IMG/VR virus record: IMGVR_UViG_3300045538_000426
Span: 58,970-122,969 of that record
DNA length: 64,000 nt
Direction: 5' to 3' (one strand)
DNA from: a virus
Position numbers and translations under genes: made by a program. The notes under the pieces were generated by a model. It had not been told where the DNA came from. It did no database searches and saw only the letters and a list, made by a program, of their open reading frames with translations. Below are positions 38,871-47,931 of this stretch, in pieces. Each line of letters starts with the position of its first letter. Positions within the stretch are counted from its first letter, which is position 1.

Positions 38871-39913
38871 TAAAATTAAAGAAAATTGTAGAATCGATTA
38901 TAACTCCGTCGAAGAAGATTTCTGAGGGAGGTAAGCTCTTTGGCCCAAGGGCCGTTAGAGTGACCACTGATGAGATGAACAAGGTGTTTCGTGAAATTTC
39001 TTCAGTTTTGGCGCCGTTCATCACTCGTATGGAACTAAGTCGTGCGCTTAAGACAAAAGCAGACCACGGCGACATTGATATAGTAGTTCTCAATGACAAG
39101 AATCATGATTTATCTGTCCTATTAAAAACAAAATTGGGAGACGGAGTGAAGGATTACAGTAAGAATGGAAACATTTACAGCATTCTCTATGCATCCTCTG
39201 CCATCGGTAAAACCGTCCACGTTGATATTCTGAACACGGTTTCACAGGAACAATTCGACCCACATTGGGAGTATCTTAGTTACAATGATTTCAGTGGAAT
39301 ACTTGGCGTGTTATCACGGAGAGTAAAATTTAACTATGGGACTGGTGGATTTTTCAAAATCTATGTAGATAAGAAAGGGCAGTTCCACTATATTCATATA
39401 ACCAATGACTTGAGAAAAGGTTTGAAGATTCTTGGATACAATAACATCGAAAGATATGATAGTATAGAAACGGTGGATGACATTGTTGAGTTTATATCAT
39501 CCTCGCCACTATTTGATAGTGAGTATTATGTCGGTCAAGACATGAACCACAGTGACCGGAAACGTGTTAGGACGGGAAGACCAATCGCGGATTATATTCG
39601 AAAAAAACTCATAGAACTGAACGTGCGTCGTAAAATTGACGACGATGACCATTTTTTCAAGACTTTATTTCCATCGGAATATTCCAAATACGTCGCTGAG
39701 ACAGAGAAAATTGAAAATACTGTCATTCCAAAGAGTAAATATAACGGAGAATGGTTGATGAAGAACTTTCCAGAGGTCAAACCAGGCCCTCGTGTGGGTA
39801 AGGTGTTGAAATTCTGGTTTGACACCTATAAAGATAAAATGGATGAGGTGCCGGAAGAGGAACTTCTGTCTGTAACTAAAGACTTTTTACACAAACAATC
39901 TCAGGTCAAATAA
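38867..39913 (+). CDS. Pol-beta-superfamily nucleotidyltransferase
   Basis: KADHGDIDIVV, VHVDI; C-terminal YNGEWLM...KPGPRVGKVL resembles CCA-adding enzyme tails. Confidence 0.7.
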   Translation: MIKLKKIVESIITPSKKISEGGKLFGPRAVRVTTDEMNKVFREISSVLAPFITRMELSRALKTKADHGDIDIVVLNDKNHDLSVLLKTKLGDGVKDYSKNGNIYSILYASSAIGKTVHVDILNTVSQEQFDPHWEYLSYNDFSGILGVLSRRVKFNYGTGGFFKIYVDKKGQFHYIHITNDLRKGLKILGYNNIERYDSIETVDDIVEFISSSPLFDSEYYVGQDMNHSDRKRVRTGRPIADYIRKKLIELNVRRKIDDDDHFFKTLFPSEYSKYVAETEKIENTVIPKSKYNGEWLMKNFPEVKPGPRVGKVLKFWFDTYKDKMDEVPEEELLSVTKDFLHKQSQVK

Positions 39914-39959
39914 TGCCATCTATTTCGAGGTTCGATTCTATTTATAGAGAGAACTTGAT

Positions 39960-42900
39960 ATGGCAAATGTAAAAATCTCCAATTTATCGACCGTCTGGAC
40001 ATCGTCGTTAACGGAACATGATGGTATAAAGCTGACCGTGACCGATACTGCGTCTTCGGGTTCGAGCAAGCTCATCAATCTGTTGATTGGTACAACGAGC
40101 AAGTTTTCCGTTGGAAAAGACAGTGTGGTTACTGCTGACAGTTTTGTCGGACAATTTACAGGTCCATTATCTGGGACAGCTAGTTATTCTAACTCAGCCA
40201 GTTACGCCTTAAATGCTCCTAATTTAGCCACTGGAAGTTCACATAATATTACAAGCAGTTGGTCATCGAGAGCCGTCACCGCGAGTTATGTTGGAATCCA
40301 ATCAACATCAAGTTATTCCGACAATTCCAAAACATCTAGTTATGCATTAAATGCTCCGAATTTTTCGACTGGAAGTTCACACAATATCACAAGCAGTTGG
40401 TCATTGACAGCAAGTCATTCCAACACAGCTAGTTATGCGTTAAATGCTCCTAATTTAGCCACCGGAAGTTCATATAACATCACAAGCAGCTGGGCATCAA
40501 ACGCATCTACCGCTAGTTACGTTTCCACACAATCGACGTCAAGTTATTCCGATAATTCCAAAACATCTAGTTACGCGTTAAATGCGCCCAATTTTTCAAC
40601 AGGAAGTTCCCATAATATAACGAGTAGTTGGGCCACACGTTCCGTTTCAAGCAGCCACTCGACGAATTCTGATATTTCCATTACAGCGAGTTATGTGACG
40701 TCGTCTAACGTGTTTGGCACAGTGTCTTCAGCTAGTTATGCCTTAAATGCACCTAACTTTTCAACAGGAAGTTCACACAATATCACAAGCAGTTGGTCGG
40801 CGATGGCTTCAACTGCGAGTTATGTATCCGTTCAAAATTCGGCTAGTTACTCCGTCACATCCAGTTATGCACTGAATGCTCCGAATTTGACGACCGGAAG
40901 TTCATATAACATAACATCTAGCTGGTCAGCCAACGCTTCAACCGCGAGTTATGTATCCAGTTCCGCTGTATTCGGAACGGTGACTTCCGCTAGTTATGCG
41001 TTAAATGCTCCTAATTTATCCACCGGAAGTTCACATAGTATCACAAGTAGTTGGTCGACTAACTCGGTTTCCTCAAGTGCGGCAGTCAGTTCGAGCGCTG
41101 CCTTGTATTCGGTATCTTCTAGTTATTCCACAACCTCTGGAACATCAAACACGTCCAGTTATGTATCCAGTTCCGCTGTATTCGGAACGGTGACTTCTGC
41201 TAGTCACTCGTTGACGTCTTCATTTGCACTGAATTCTTCCAATGGGGGGACTGTATTGGGAAGTGGAAGTATATACAACATAACGGCCAGTTGGAGTTCC
41301 AATTCATCTACCGCTAGTTATGCTTCGACCAGTGTTTCCGCAAGTTATGCTCCTGGCTCACCGTCCGTATCGGCAAGTTATGCAACATCCGCTGCGACCA
41401 GCATTTCTGCTAGTTATGCTCCTGGTTCACCTACGTTGTCATCTAGTTATGCTTCGACCAGTGTTTCCGCGAGTTATGCCTCACAAGCGCTCTCTGCGAG
41501 TTATGCTCCCGGTTCACCATCGATATCGTCAAGTTATGCTTTATCCGCAAGTTATGCTCCTGGCTCACCTTCGGTTTCCGCAAGTTATGCACTGACCTCC
41601 AGCTTTTCATTGAATGGAGTCGGTGCGGGGACTACTTTGGGGAGTGGGAGTACATACAACATCACCAGCAGTTGGTCGACCAATTCTATATCAAGCAGTT
41701 ATGCTTTAACAAGCACCTCCGCAAGTTATGCTCCTGGCTCTCCGTCGGTGTCAGCCAGTTATGCCTTATCCGCAAGCTATGCTCCCGGCTCACCGTCCGT
41801 ATCGGCAAGTTATGCTCTCTCGGCCAGCTACGCACCCGGCTCACCTTCAGTTTCCGCGAGTTATGCACTTTCGGCTAGCTACGCAATCAGTTCAAGTCAC
41901 TCAATCACATCAAGTTTTTCAATTAGCGCAAGTCACGCACTTTCGGCTAGCTACGCAATCAGTTCAAGTCACTCAATCACATCAAGTTTTTCAATTAGCG
42001 CAAGTCACGCACTTTCATCCAGTCGCACAATTACTGCTAGTTATGCTGATCGTTATGCTCCACTGTGGCCATCAAGTGTTCAGATAACCGGATCGGGTTT
42101 CACTGAACAGAGTGGAATTAATTATATTGCTACCAGTGCTTCATTCACACTTATTGCTAGTGCTTTGGGAGACACTCCGATGTATTATAATTGGTATATC
42201 AATTCATCGTCTTTGTTGCAATCCGGAAGTGCTAATAGTTACAATGTAACGGAATCCGTGAAGAATATTCACAGTGGATATTACACATGTAACGTAACCA
42301 ATAGTTTCGGCACCTCGACGTCGGCCAACTTCACCATCACAGTATTAGACCCGGTGGTTATTACAAGCGAGACGCCACCATCTGCAACGCCAACTATAAA
42401 TTCAGTCGTGACCTTCGCCGTCACTGCTACGGGTGACCAATTATCATATATCTGGAGGCGAACGAGCAACAGTTCATATTTGGTTAATGGAACTCCGAAC
42501 ATATTCACAACCGGAACCACAACGCCGACGATGACCCTACAAGCCCTAGCTAGTGTGCCACCGAATGGCATGGAGGGGTCATATGCATGTGAGGTTTCGA
42601 ATATCGTAAGTGAGGCCAGTTCTTCGGAAATGCCTATTTATACATCGGCACCAACGATTTTGACTAATCCGTCCAGTATAAACTCAAGTGGATTTGCAGC
42701 ACTTACTGCTACCGGATCGGCTATCAGTTATTCGTGGGAATATGGCGGAATCGCAGTAACCGGACAGACCGCAGCTACTTTGGATCTGACTACAGCGGTT
42801 AACGATGGATATTTTACACAAACAATGATCGACCAGGGTTTAAACTTGAGAGCTCGTGTATACAATCAAGTCGGTTCGGTTTATGGTAATAATATTCAGA

Positions 42901-44006
42901 TAAAGCCTTTTAGAAAGTCTGGTGCAGCCACTCCATCTGGTGCAGGCACTACAACTCGTGGAAATGGAGGCCCGATTGTGGCCGGAAACGCTACGAATTG
43001 CTTTGTTTATCCAAGTGACACTGTTTTTGCGTGGTATCGTGACGGTGTCAGCGTTGGAGCGGATATAAATGCTTTCGGAGAAACCACACCGAAACTTACT
43101 TTATATAACGTCCAAACTGCTGATCAGGGGAGTTATATATGTAGCGCAAGTAACGCCAATGGAAGCGCAGCGAGTGATGTGGTGACACTCACCGTTAGCG
43201 CCACCAACACTCATCACAACAGTAGCCCTTCACAGTTATACATATACGATGATGAAACCTACACTCTGTTGAGAGATGACGATACAAACATTTCTACCCG
43301 AGGATCGTCGATGGGGGCGACTACTTACGATAACATCAACATGAATTTCGGTGCGGGTTTTATAAGAATAGATTACGGTTGGAGGAGTCCGACGTTCGGA
43401 CCTACTACGGTATTCTCCCCAACTCAGACTACCATCACTGCTCCGTGCCCGGACGGCGTAACGATACCGATGACCAACACCTTTACTACGGCTACGAAGG
43501 TCTTAACCGGATCCACAATTTCAGAAAATCAGAATTGGTATTATCAGTGGATAGGAGCCAGCGGGGTCGCTGCGATTGACTGTGTAAATGGCAACGGCCC
43601 GTATTCATTACCTTATATATGGCCGTTTTCCACATCCATCCTCGATCTTACGGCCCACGCTGGTAGTCAAATTCTGACCGATTCTGGGTCTGTGGGCGGA
43701 CAGACTCTCTACACTGTCAGTGTGATGCCGAAGAACAGTCCTGGTATATCCTCTCAACCAGCAACTTCTCAGAGCGCAGTCGTTGGCGATTCCGTTAGTA
43801 TGACGGTATCAGTCGTTGAAGGTGATTATGTGAGATGGTATAAAAATGGAGTGTTACAACCAGCTGAAACTTCTACTACTTACACAATCCCTGCGGTTTC
43901 ATTATCCGACAGCGGATCTTATTATTGCAAAGTTGCAAACAAATCCACCTTTAGTTACAAGGTTATGAATTCCAGTAGTTCCCGTTTAGATGTTGCTCCT
44001 GCCTAA
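39960..44006 (+). CDS. long fibre protein with Ser/Ala-rich repeats and C-terminal Ig-like domains
   Basis: ASYALNAPNxxTGSSxNITSSW repeats, SASYAPGSP repeats, Ig motifs (WYxNG...DSGSYYC). Confidence 0.8.
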   Translation: MANVKISNLSTVWTSSLTEHDGIKLTVTDTASSGSSKLINLLIGTTSKFSVGKDSVVTADSFVGQFTGPLSGTASYSNSASYALNAPNLATGSSHNITSSWSSRAVTASYVGIQSTSSYSDNSKTSSYALNAPNFSTGSSHNITSSWSLTASHSNTASYALNAPNLATGSSYNITSSWASNASTASYVSTQSTSSYSDNSKTSSYALNAPNFSTGSSHNITSSWATRSVSSSHSTNSDISITASYVTSSNVFGTVSSASYALNAPNFSTGSSHNITSSWSAMASTASYVSVQNSASYSVTSSYALNAPNLTTGSSYNITSSWSANASTASYVSSSAVFGTVTSASYALNAPNLSTGSSHSITSSWSTNSVSSSAAVSSSAALYSVSSSYSTTSGTSNTSSYVSSSAVFGTVTSASHSLTSSFALNSSNGGTVLGSGSIYNITASWSSNSSTASYASTSVSASYAPGSPSVSASYATSAATSISASYAPGSPTLSSSYASTSVSASYASQALSASYAPGSPSISSSYALSASYAPGSPSVSASYALTSSFSLNGVGAGTTLGSGSTYNITSSWSTNSISSSYALTSTSASYAPGSPSVSASYALSASYAPGSPSVSASYALSASYAPGSPSVSASYALSASYAISSSHSITSSFSISASHALSASYAISSSHSITSSFSISASHALSSSRTITASYADRYAPLWPSSVQITGSGFTEQSGINYIATSASFTLIASALGDTPMYYNWYINSSSLLQSGSANSYNVTESVKNIHSGYYTCNVTNSFGTSTSANFTITVLDPVVITSETPPSATPTINSVVTFAVTATGDQLSYIWRRTSNSSYLVNGTPNIFTTGTTTPTMTLQALASVPPNGMEGSYACEVSNIVSEASSSEMPIYTSAPTILTNPSSINSSGFAALTATGSAISYSWEYGGIAVTGQTAATLDLTTAVNDGYFTQTMIDQGLNLRARVYNQVGSVYGNNIQIKPFRKSGAATPSGAGTTTRGNGGPIVAGNATNCFVYPSDTVFAWYRDGVSVGADINAFGETTPKLTLYNVQTADQGSYICSASNANGSAASDVVTLTVSATNTHHNSSPSQLYIYDDETYTLLRDDDTNISTRGSSMGATTYDNINMNFGAGFIRIDYGWRSPTFGPTTVFSPTQTTITAPCPDGVTIPMTNTFTTATKVLTGSTISENQNWYYQWIGASGVAAIDCVNGNGPYSLPYIWPFSTSILDLTAHAGSQILTDSGSVGGQTLYTVSVMPKNSPGISSQPATSQSAVVGDSVSMTVSVVEGDYVRWYKNGVLQPAETSTTYTIPAVSLSDSGSYYCKVANKSTFSYKVMNSSSSRLDVAPA
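41865..42015 (+). repeat. perfect 72-bp tandem duplication (about 2.1 copies)
   Basis: Unit starting gcactttcggctagctacgc at 41865 and 41937. Confidence 0.9.
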
Positions 44007-44026
44007 TTCTTGACTATATATTAGTT

Positions 44027-44185
44027 ATGAAACAACAAATTGGAATAGTCACATTGAAGCCCATCGGTGGGCTCGTCACAAACAATCCCGCCACTACCGT
44101 TCAAGAGCAGATAGAGGCAACGAAAAGAGTTGAAGCTGCTAGACAGGCTGAACTTCTACGTCAATCTTCCAAGAAGGTAAAGTAA
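44027..44185 (+). CDS. small hypothetical protein (52 aa)
   Basis: Hand-translated MKQQIGIV...KKVK*; TAAATG junction to next gene. Confidence 0.6.
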   Translation: MKQQIGIVTLKPIGGLVTNNPATTVQEQIEATKRVEAARQAELLRQSSKKVK

Positions 44186-44692
44186 ATGATAAATGGTGAA
44201 TCATATGGCTGTCTGATGTGTTATATTTCCCGAGACACGGTACCAAAACTAATCAGCGTCGGAAAGAAACTGGTGAAAGATTCTCAACTTTACACCGAAC
44301 CGAATGAGGATTACGGTAGAGAAACCGATCCCCATGTGACTATAAAATACGGATTTACACCTGACCTGACCGACGATGAAGTGAAGAAAATGCTGTCCGG
44401 TGTCAAGAAATTTTCAGTCACCGTGTCTGGCATCTCCACCTTCTCACCGGAGAAATTTGATGTTGTGAAATTTGACGTCGTCCCGAACGGACAGTTGCTC
44501 GATCTCCGAAAACTGGCGGACAAGTTTCCAAATAAAGATAGTCACCCGAACTACCATCCGCACATCACAATTGCGTATGTAAAAAAAGGGTCTTTCCCAA
44601 ACAAAGTCGAGGGAAAGAACTTTACTTTCCTTATAGATAAGATGGTTTATTCGACGAAATCGAACGTTAAAACCGACTATAACCTCCAGTAA
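44186..44692 (+). CDS. 2H phosphoesterase (T4 57B/Acb1-like)
   Basis: Two HxT motifs: PHVTIKYG and PHITIAY. Confidence 0.85.
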   Translation: MINGESYGCLMCYISRDTVPKLISVGKKLVKDSQLYTEPNEDYGRETDPHVTIKYGFTPDLTDDEVKKMLSGVKKFSVTVSGISTFSPEKFDVVKFDVVPNGQLLDLRKLADKFPNKDSHPNYHPHITIAYVKKGSFPNKVEGKNFTFLIDKMVYSTKSNVKTDYNLQ

Positions 44693-44766
44693 AGTCTGTC
44701 TAATTCATTATCTCACAACGAGATAAAAACTTTACTGTAGCGCAAACTCGGTTATACTTATTGAAG

Positions 44767-45315
44767 ATGACTGATGAGACTGTATTTTTCGTAGAAACAG
44801 GAAATTGGAGAGCCAGAGTAATCCTTCCCGTAAAACTCTCCTCTGTGAGCAACTATGATTATATAGAATCAGCTACCCGTGCAATAGAATGTGTATTCGA
44901 TGATAGGAAAGACATTGGGAAGACTTTCGAAATGGTGCATCTATATGACCAGAATAGAAAAGATTATTTTGATGCCGAGTATTCTGGTAACTTAAGCGAT
45001 ATACCAGACCCACTGTTCGGTATGCTTACGGCCTGTTTTTTGGAAAAGGATAAAAACTCCGAAGAGAATTGGTGGTACTTCCTTAGCAGCAAAATTTTTG
45101 CCAATGCGGGGCAACACCGTAACGCATCACTAGCTGAATCGGTTGAGAAAAATTACGAAGCGGAAGTTTCCGAGTTCAAATCCAGAGAAAATGAACTCGT
45201 AGAGTTGGATAAAAAAGGAAAGCTTGGGAAGAAATTAGAAGGCGACCGCAAGAATTACAAAGCTTCGAAGAAAAAGAAGAAATCCCCGCCTAAAAAAGAC
45301 CCGCCTGAAAAATGA
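44767..45315 (+). CDS. hypothetical protein
   Basis: ATG MTDET; basic tail. Confidence 0.7.
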   Translation: MTDETVFFVETGNWRARVILPVKLSSVSNYDYIESATRAIECVFDDRKDIGKTFEMVHLYDQNRKDYFDAEYSGNLSDIPDPLFGMLTACFLEKDKNSEENWWYFLSSKIFANAGQHRNASLAESVEKNYEAEVSEFKSRENELVELDKKGKLGKKLEGDRKNYKASKKKKKSPPKKDPPEK

Positions 45316-45605
45316 ACTTGATTATAAGTTGTGAACTGACCGCTCCTCCTAGCGAAGTGAGTGCTTTTAGAAGTCTCACGATGTACGCAACTATCTTCAA
45401 GAAAATGGATTGTCTCATTGAAGCTGATCCGGAAGAAATCGATTTTTATTATACTTGGTTGAAAAGAAATTATGCTCACGATTTCATTCGACAATTCGTT
45501 AGACGTAAAGAAGTAACCGGCGTGGAATTCAGATACGATAGCATCCAAAGAATAACTCACAACAATTTGAATGAGTTAATTCTTGCGGTAAATACGGTCA
45601 AGTAA
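45312..45605 (+). CDS. hypothetical protein
   Basis: 97-aa ORF. Confidence 0.65.
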   Translation: MNLIISCELTAPPSEVSAFRSLTMYATIFKKMDCLIEADPEEIDFYYTWLKRNYAHDFIRQFVRRKEVTGVEFRYDSIQRITHNNLNELILAVNTVK

Positions 45606-45607
45606 CG

Positions 45608-45826
45608 ATGGATTCTATGAAAATGAAACTACGACGTAAGGTAAAATTGTTTAATATCAAGGAAAGGGAAGATGGTGATTCGACGTTATGTCCTCTCTGT
45701 GATTCTAAGTTGAGTGGATGCCATATTGGTGTATTTTGTTCTGATGAAAAATGTCATTATGTAGATGGCGTCGCGTTTTTAAATGCCGAGGAACAACGAC
45801 GGTATAGTAAAAAAATTGACATTTGA
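45608..45826 (+). CDS. small zinc-ribbon protein
   Basis: CPLC...CSDEKC. Confidence 0.6.
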   Translation: MDSMKMKLRRKVKLFNIKEREDGDSTLCPLCDSKLSGCHIGVFCSDEKCHYVDGVAFLNAEEQRRYSKKIDI

Positions 45827-45987
45827 TGTGATTTTTTGGCCGTTTTCAAAAATTGTTAATATGTATTGGATAATGAACGTAGAATCGTATATACCGTCAC
45901 TGTCTGTGTGGGCACCAGTTGCCCTCGGGAGTGCTGTATTATCAGCCCCTCTCGGGTAACTTTCTAACGGCATATCTTTACATGAAG

Positions 45988-46016
45988 ACCGTTGGAAAAA
46001 CTTCCAACGGTTTTTG
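45988..46016 (+). terminator. intrinsic terminator
   Basis: accgttggaa-aaac-ttccaacggt followed by tttt. Confidence 0.8.
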
Positions 46017-46044
46017 ACATTTTTGGCGTCAGTGAAGAAAGTAG

Positions 46045-46072
46045 TTGACGGATTTGAAAAGAAGTGTAAGAT
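46045..46072 (+). promoter_or_regulatory. sigma70-type promoter heading the tRNA island
   Basis: TTGACG-N16-TAAGAT. Confidence 0.65.
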
Positions 46073-46218
46073 AGTAACAGTTGAATTTGAAACAAGACGT
46101 TCGGTTGAAATTCCGAACCGTAGAGGCAGAGTCTAAAAGAGACAGAGCCGGTCGGGCTAGTCCCGGTCACCACACGATAGGTCAAGCGGCGTCGCTCACC
46201 GAATAGAAAAGAGCTTGT

Positions 46219-46292
46219 GCGGGTATGATGTAATGGTAGCCTATAACTTTGCCAAAGTTGATGCGAGGGTTCGATTCCCTCTACCCGCTCCA
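46219..46292 (+). tRNA. tRNA-Gly(GCC)
   Basis: Cloverleaf, loop TTGCCAA, encoded CCA. Confidence 0.95.
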
Positions 46293-46303
46293 GTAAATTT
46301 AAT

Positions 46304-46378
46304 GGGAGTATAGCTCAGAGGAAGAGCAGGTCCTTTACACGGACAAGGTCGGGATTTCAAAATTCTCTACTCCTACCA
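46304..46378 (+). tRNA. tRNA-Val(TAC)
   Basis: Loop TTTACAC, CCA; atypical T stem. Confidence 0.85.
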
Positions 46379-46474
46379 TTTCAAAAAAAGTAAGGGTTCG
46401 ATTCCCCTGTTCGTCAATGGCCGCTAAATGAAAATAGCCAGTGTAGTTTATGGAGAACGTTTTTGAAATTAAAT

Positions 46475-46551
46475 GGCCTCGTCGTCTACGAATGGATATA
46501 GGATTCTGGATTCTCAATCCGGAGAACTCGGTTCGACTCCGAGCGGGGCTA
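46475..46551 (+). tRNA. tRNA-Glu(CTC)
   Basis: ctgga-TTCTCAA-tccgg; no CCA. Confidence 0.9.
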
Positions 46552-46859
46552 CAGTAGTTAAGGCAAAGTATCCTTTATAATCCTACGCCACACGTACTGT
46601 GGATATGGAAACTTGACAGCTGGAGAGAAAGCACCAATTTAAAAACACCGTCTCTGCATGGAGACGTGAGATATGCCACACACGGGCGATAGTAGTCGGT
46701 TTACGATATGAACAAAATTTTGACTGTAATGGTCACTATTCAAAAGCCGTATAAACTCCATCAATTTAAATCACGGAAGTTAGGGTTCGAGGTCCTTGGG
46801 TCTTCTTGTAGGGAAGACACTTAATGTAAACGGCAGCATAACGTGGTTTGAATATTTTT

Positions 46860-46934
46860 GGGGTGCTGGTGATAATGGTAGCACAGTAGCTTTGCAAGCT
46901 TCGGGTAAGGGTTCGATTCCCTTGCGCTCCACCA
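46860..46934 (+). tRNA. tRNA-Ala(TGC)
   Basis: G3-U70 pair, loop TTTGCAA, CCA. Confidence 0.92.
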
Positions 46935-46936
46935 AT

Positions 46937-47009
46937 CGGTTCGTAGGATAATGGTTATTCCGCCTGCTTTGGGAGCAGGATATTGTGAGTTCGAGTCTCA
47001 CCGAGCCGA
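46937..47009 (+). tRNA. tRNA-Pro(TGG)
   Basis: cctgc-TTTGGGA-gcagg, C1-G72, A73. Confidence 0.92.
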
Positions 47010-47032
47010 CCCGTGTTAGTAGTGTAAATAAA

Positions 47033-47103
47033 CAGTCATAGGTGTTTCGGTAGCATGCAAGTTCTGGAAACTTGGGGGATCCGTTCGACTCGGATATGGC
47101 TGA
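47033..47103 (+). tRNA. tRNA-Pro(TGG), atypical C33/A37
   Basis: cagtcat/atggctg acceptor, caagt-TCTGGAA-acttg, T arm atccg-TTCGACT-cggat. Confidence 0.75.
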
Positions 47104-47172
47104 CAGCGTAGCGCCGGGTTGGATATTGCTCCAGCGGTGATGTGTTAGTGTTAACACCCGGCGGTCACGTAT

Positions 47173-47246
47173 GCTCAGGTGATGTAACTGGAAAACATCC
47201 GGGTTTTAGAAGCCTGGTTTTGTGGGTTCAACTCCCACCTTGAGCA
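47173..47246 (+). tRNA. tRNA-Leu(TAG), short variable loop
   Basis: cgggt-TTTAGAA-gcctg, 5-nt variable region, A73. Confidence 0.8.
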
Positions 47247-47269
47247 CCTTAATTCAGCTGAATTTTAAT

Positions 47270-47347
47270 GGTCACGTAGCCCAATTGGCAGGAGGCAACA
47301 GTTTCAAAAACTGTACAGTGTCGGTTCAAATCCGACCGTGACCACCA
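47270..47347 (+). tRNA. tRNA-Leu(CAA), short variable loop
   Basis: acagt-TTCAAAA-actgt, CCA. Confidence 0.85.
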
Positions 47348-47408
47348 CAGCCCAAAGGCCATTCTTCCTTCGTTTTATACGAATAGAATCTTTGGTGTGT
47401 TTCAAAAT

Positions 47409-47481
47409 GCGGATGTAGCTCAATTGGCAGAGCGCTTGCCTTCCAAGCAGGCTGTTGTGGGTTCAACTCCCATCATCCGCT
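47409..47481 (+). tRNA. tRNA-Gly(TCC)
   Basis: cttgc-CTTCCAA-gcagg, U73. Confidence 0.93.
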
Positions 47482-47492
47482 CAGATAAATTT

Positions 47493-47583
47493 GGTCGATG
47501 TTCCCTATGGCCGTCTGTAAAACGGTTGCATAATAATAAATAGGGCGGACATGCGAGAGGTTCGACTCCTTCATTGACCACCA
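47493..47583 (+). tRNA. D-armless tRNA-Tyr(GTA)-like RNA
   Basis: 7-bp acceptor + ACCA, gccgt-CTGTAAA-acggt, T loop TTCGACT; no D stem. Confidence 0.65.
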
Positions 47584-47678
47584 AACATCACGCTCACCCT
47601 GTATTACACAGCCTATAGCTAGGGCCATATAATGGTGTATTAACCGATTGGATCGGACGTGCCTCTGATGTCTTTGAT

Positions 47679-47764
47679 TGCGGAGACAAGCCGTGGGATG
47701 CTAACTGCGCTCATAACGCAGGCGACGAAAGTCTCTATGGACGGTTCGACTCCGTCCTCCGCTA
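47679..47764 (+). tRNA. tRNA-Met(CAT), initiator-like, long variable arm
   Basis: U1xU72 mismatch, A11-U24, ctgcg-CTCATAA-cgcag, variable hairpin gac-gaaa-gtc. Confidence 0.75.
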
Positions 47765-47931
47765 CATTTTAAACAGGCCAGCGTTTCGGGCTAGCCTGGT
47801 GAAACGAGATAGATTTCTGGAGTAGGGCACGAAACAGAAGAACATCGGTGAAATCCTCGGGAAACCATTTCTTGACTCTTACGGAGATTGATGTAAGATG
47901 TTCAATGTCGGTTGTGAGAGACTCTTTAATT

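Noticed and set aside
46335-47157. Track ORFs 46335..46517 and 46780..47157, and similar ORFs at 52087-52319, 53568 (5' part), 57246-57588 and 56180-56434
   Set aside because: They are antisense or overlapping translations of tRNA or structured RNA genes with no protein motifs.
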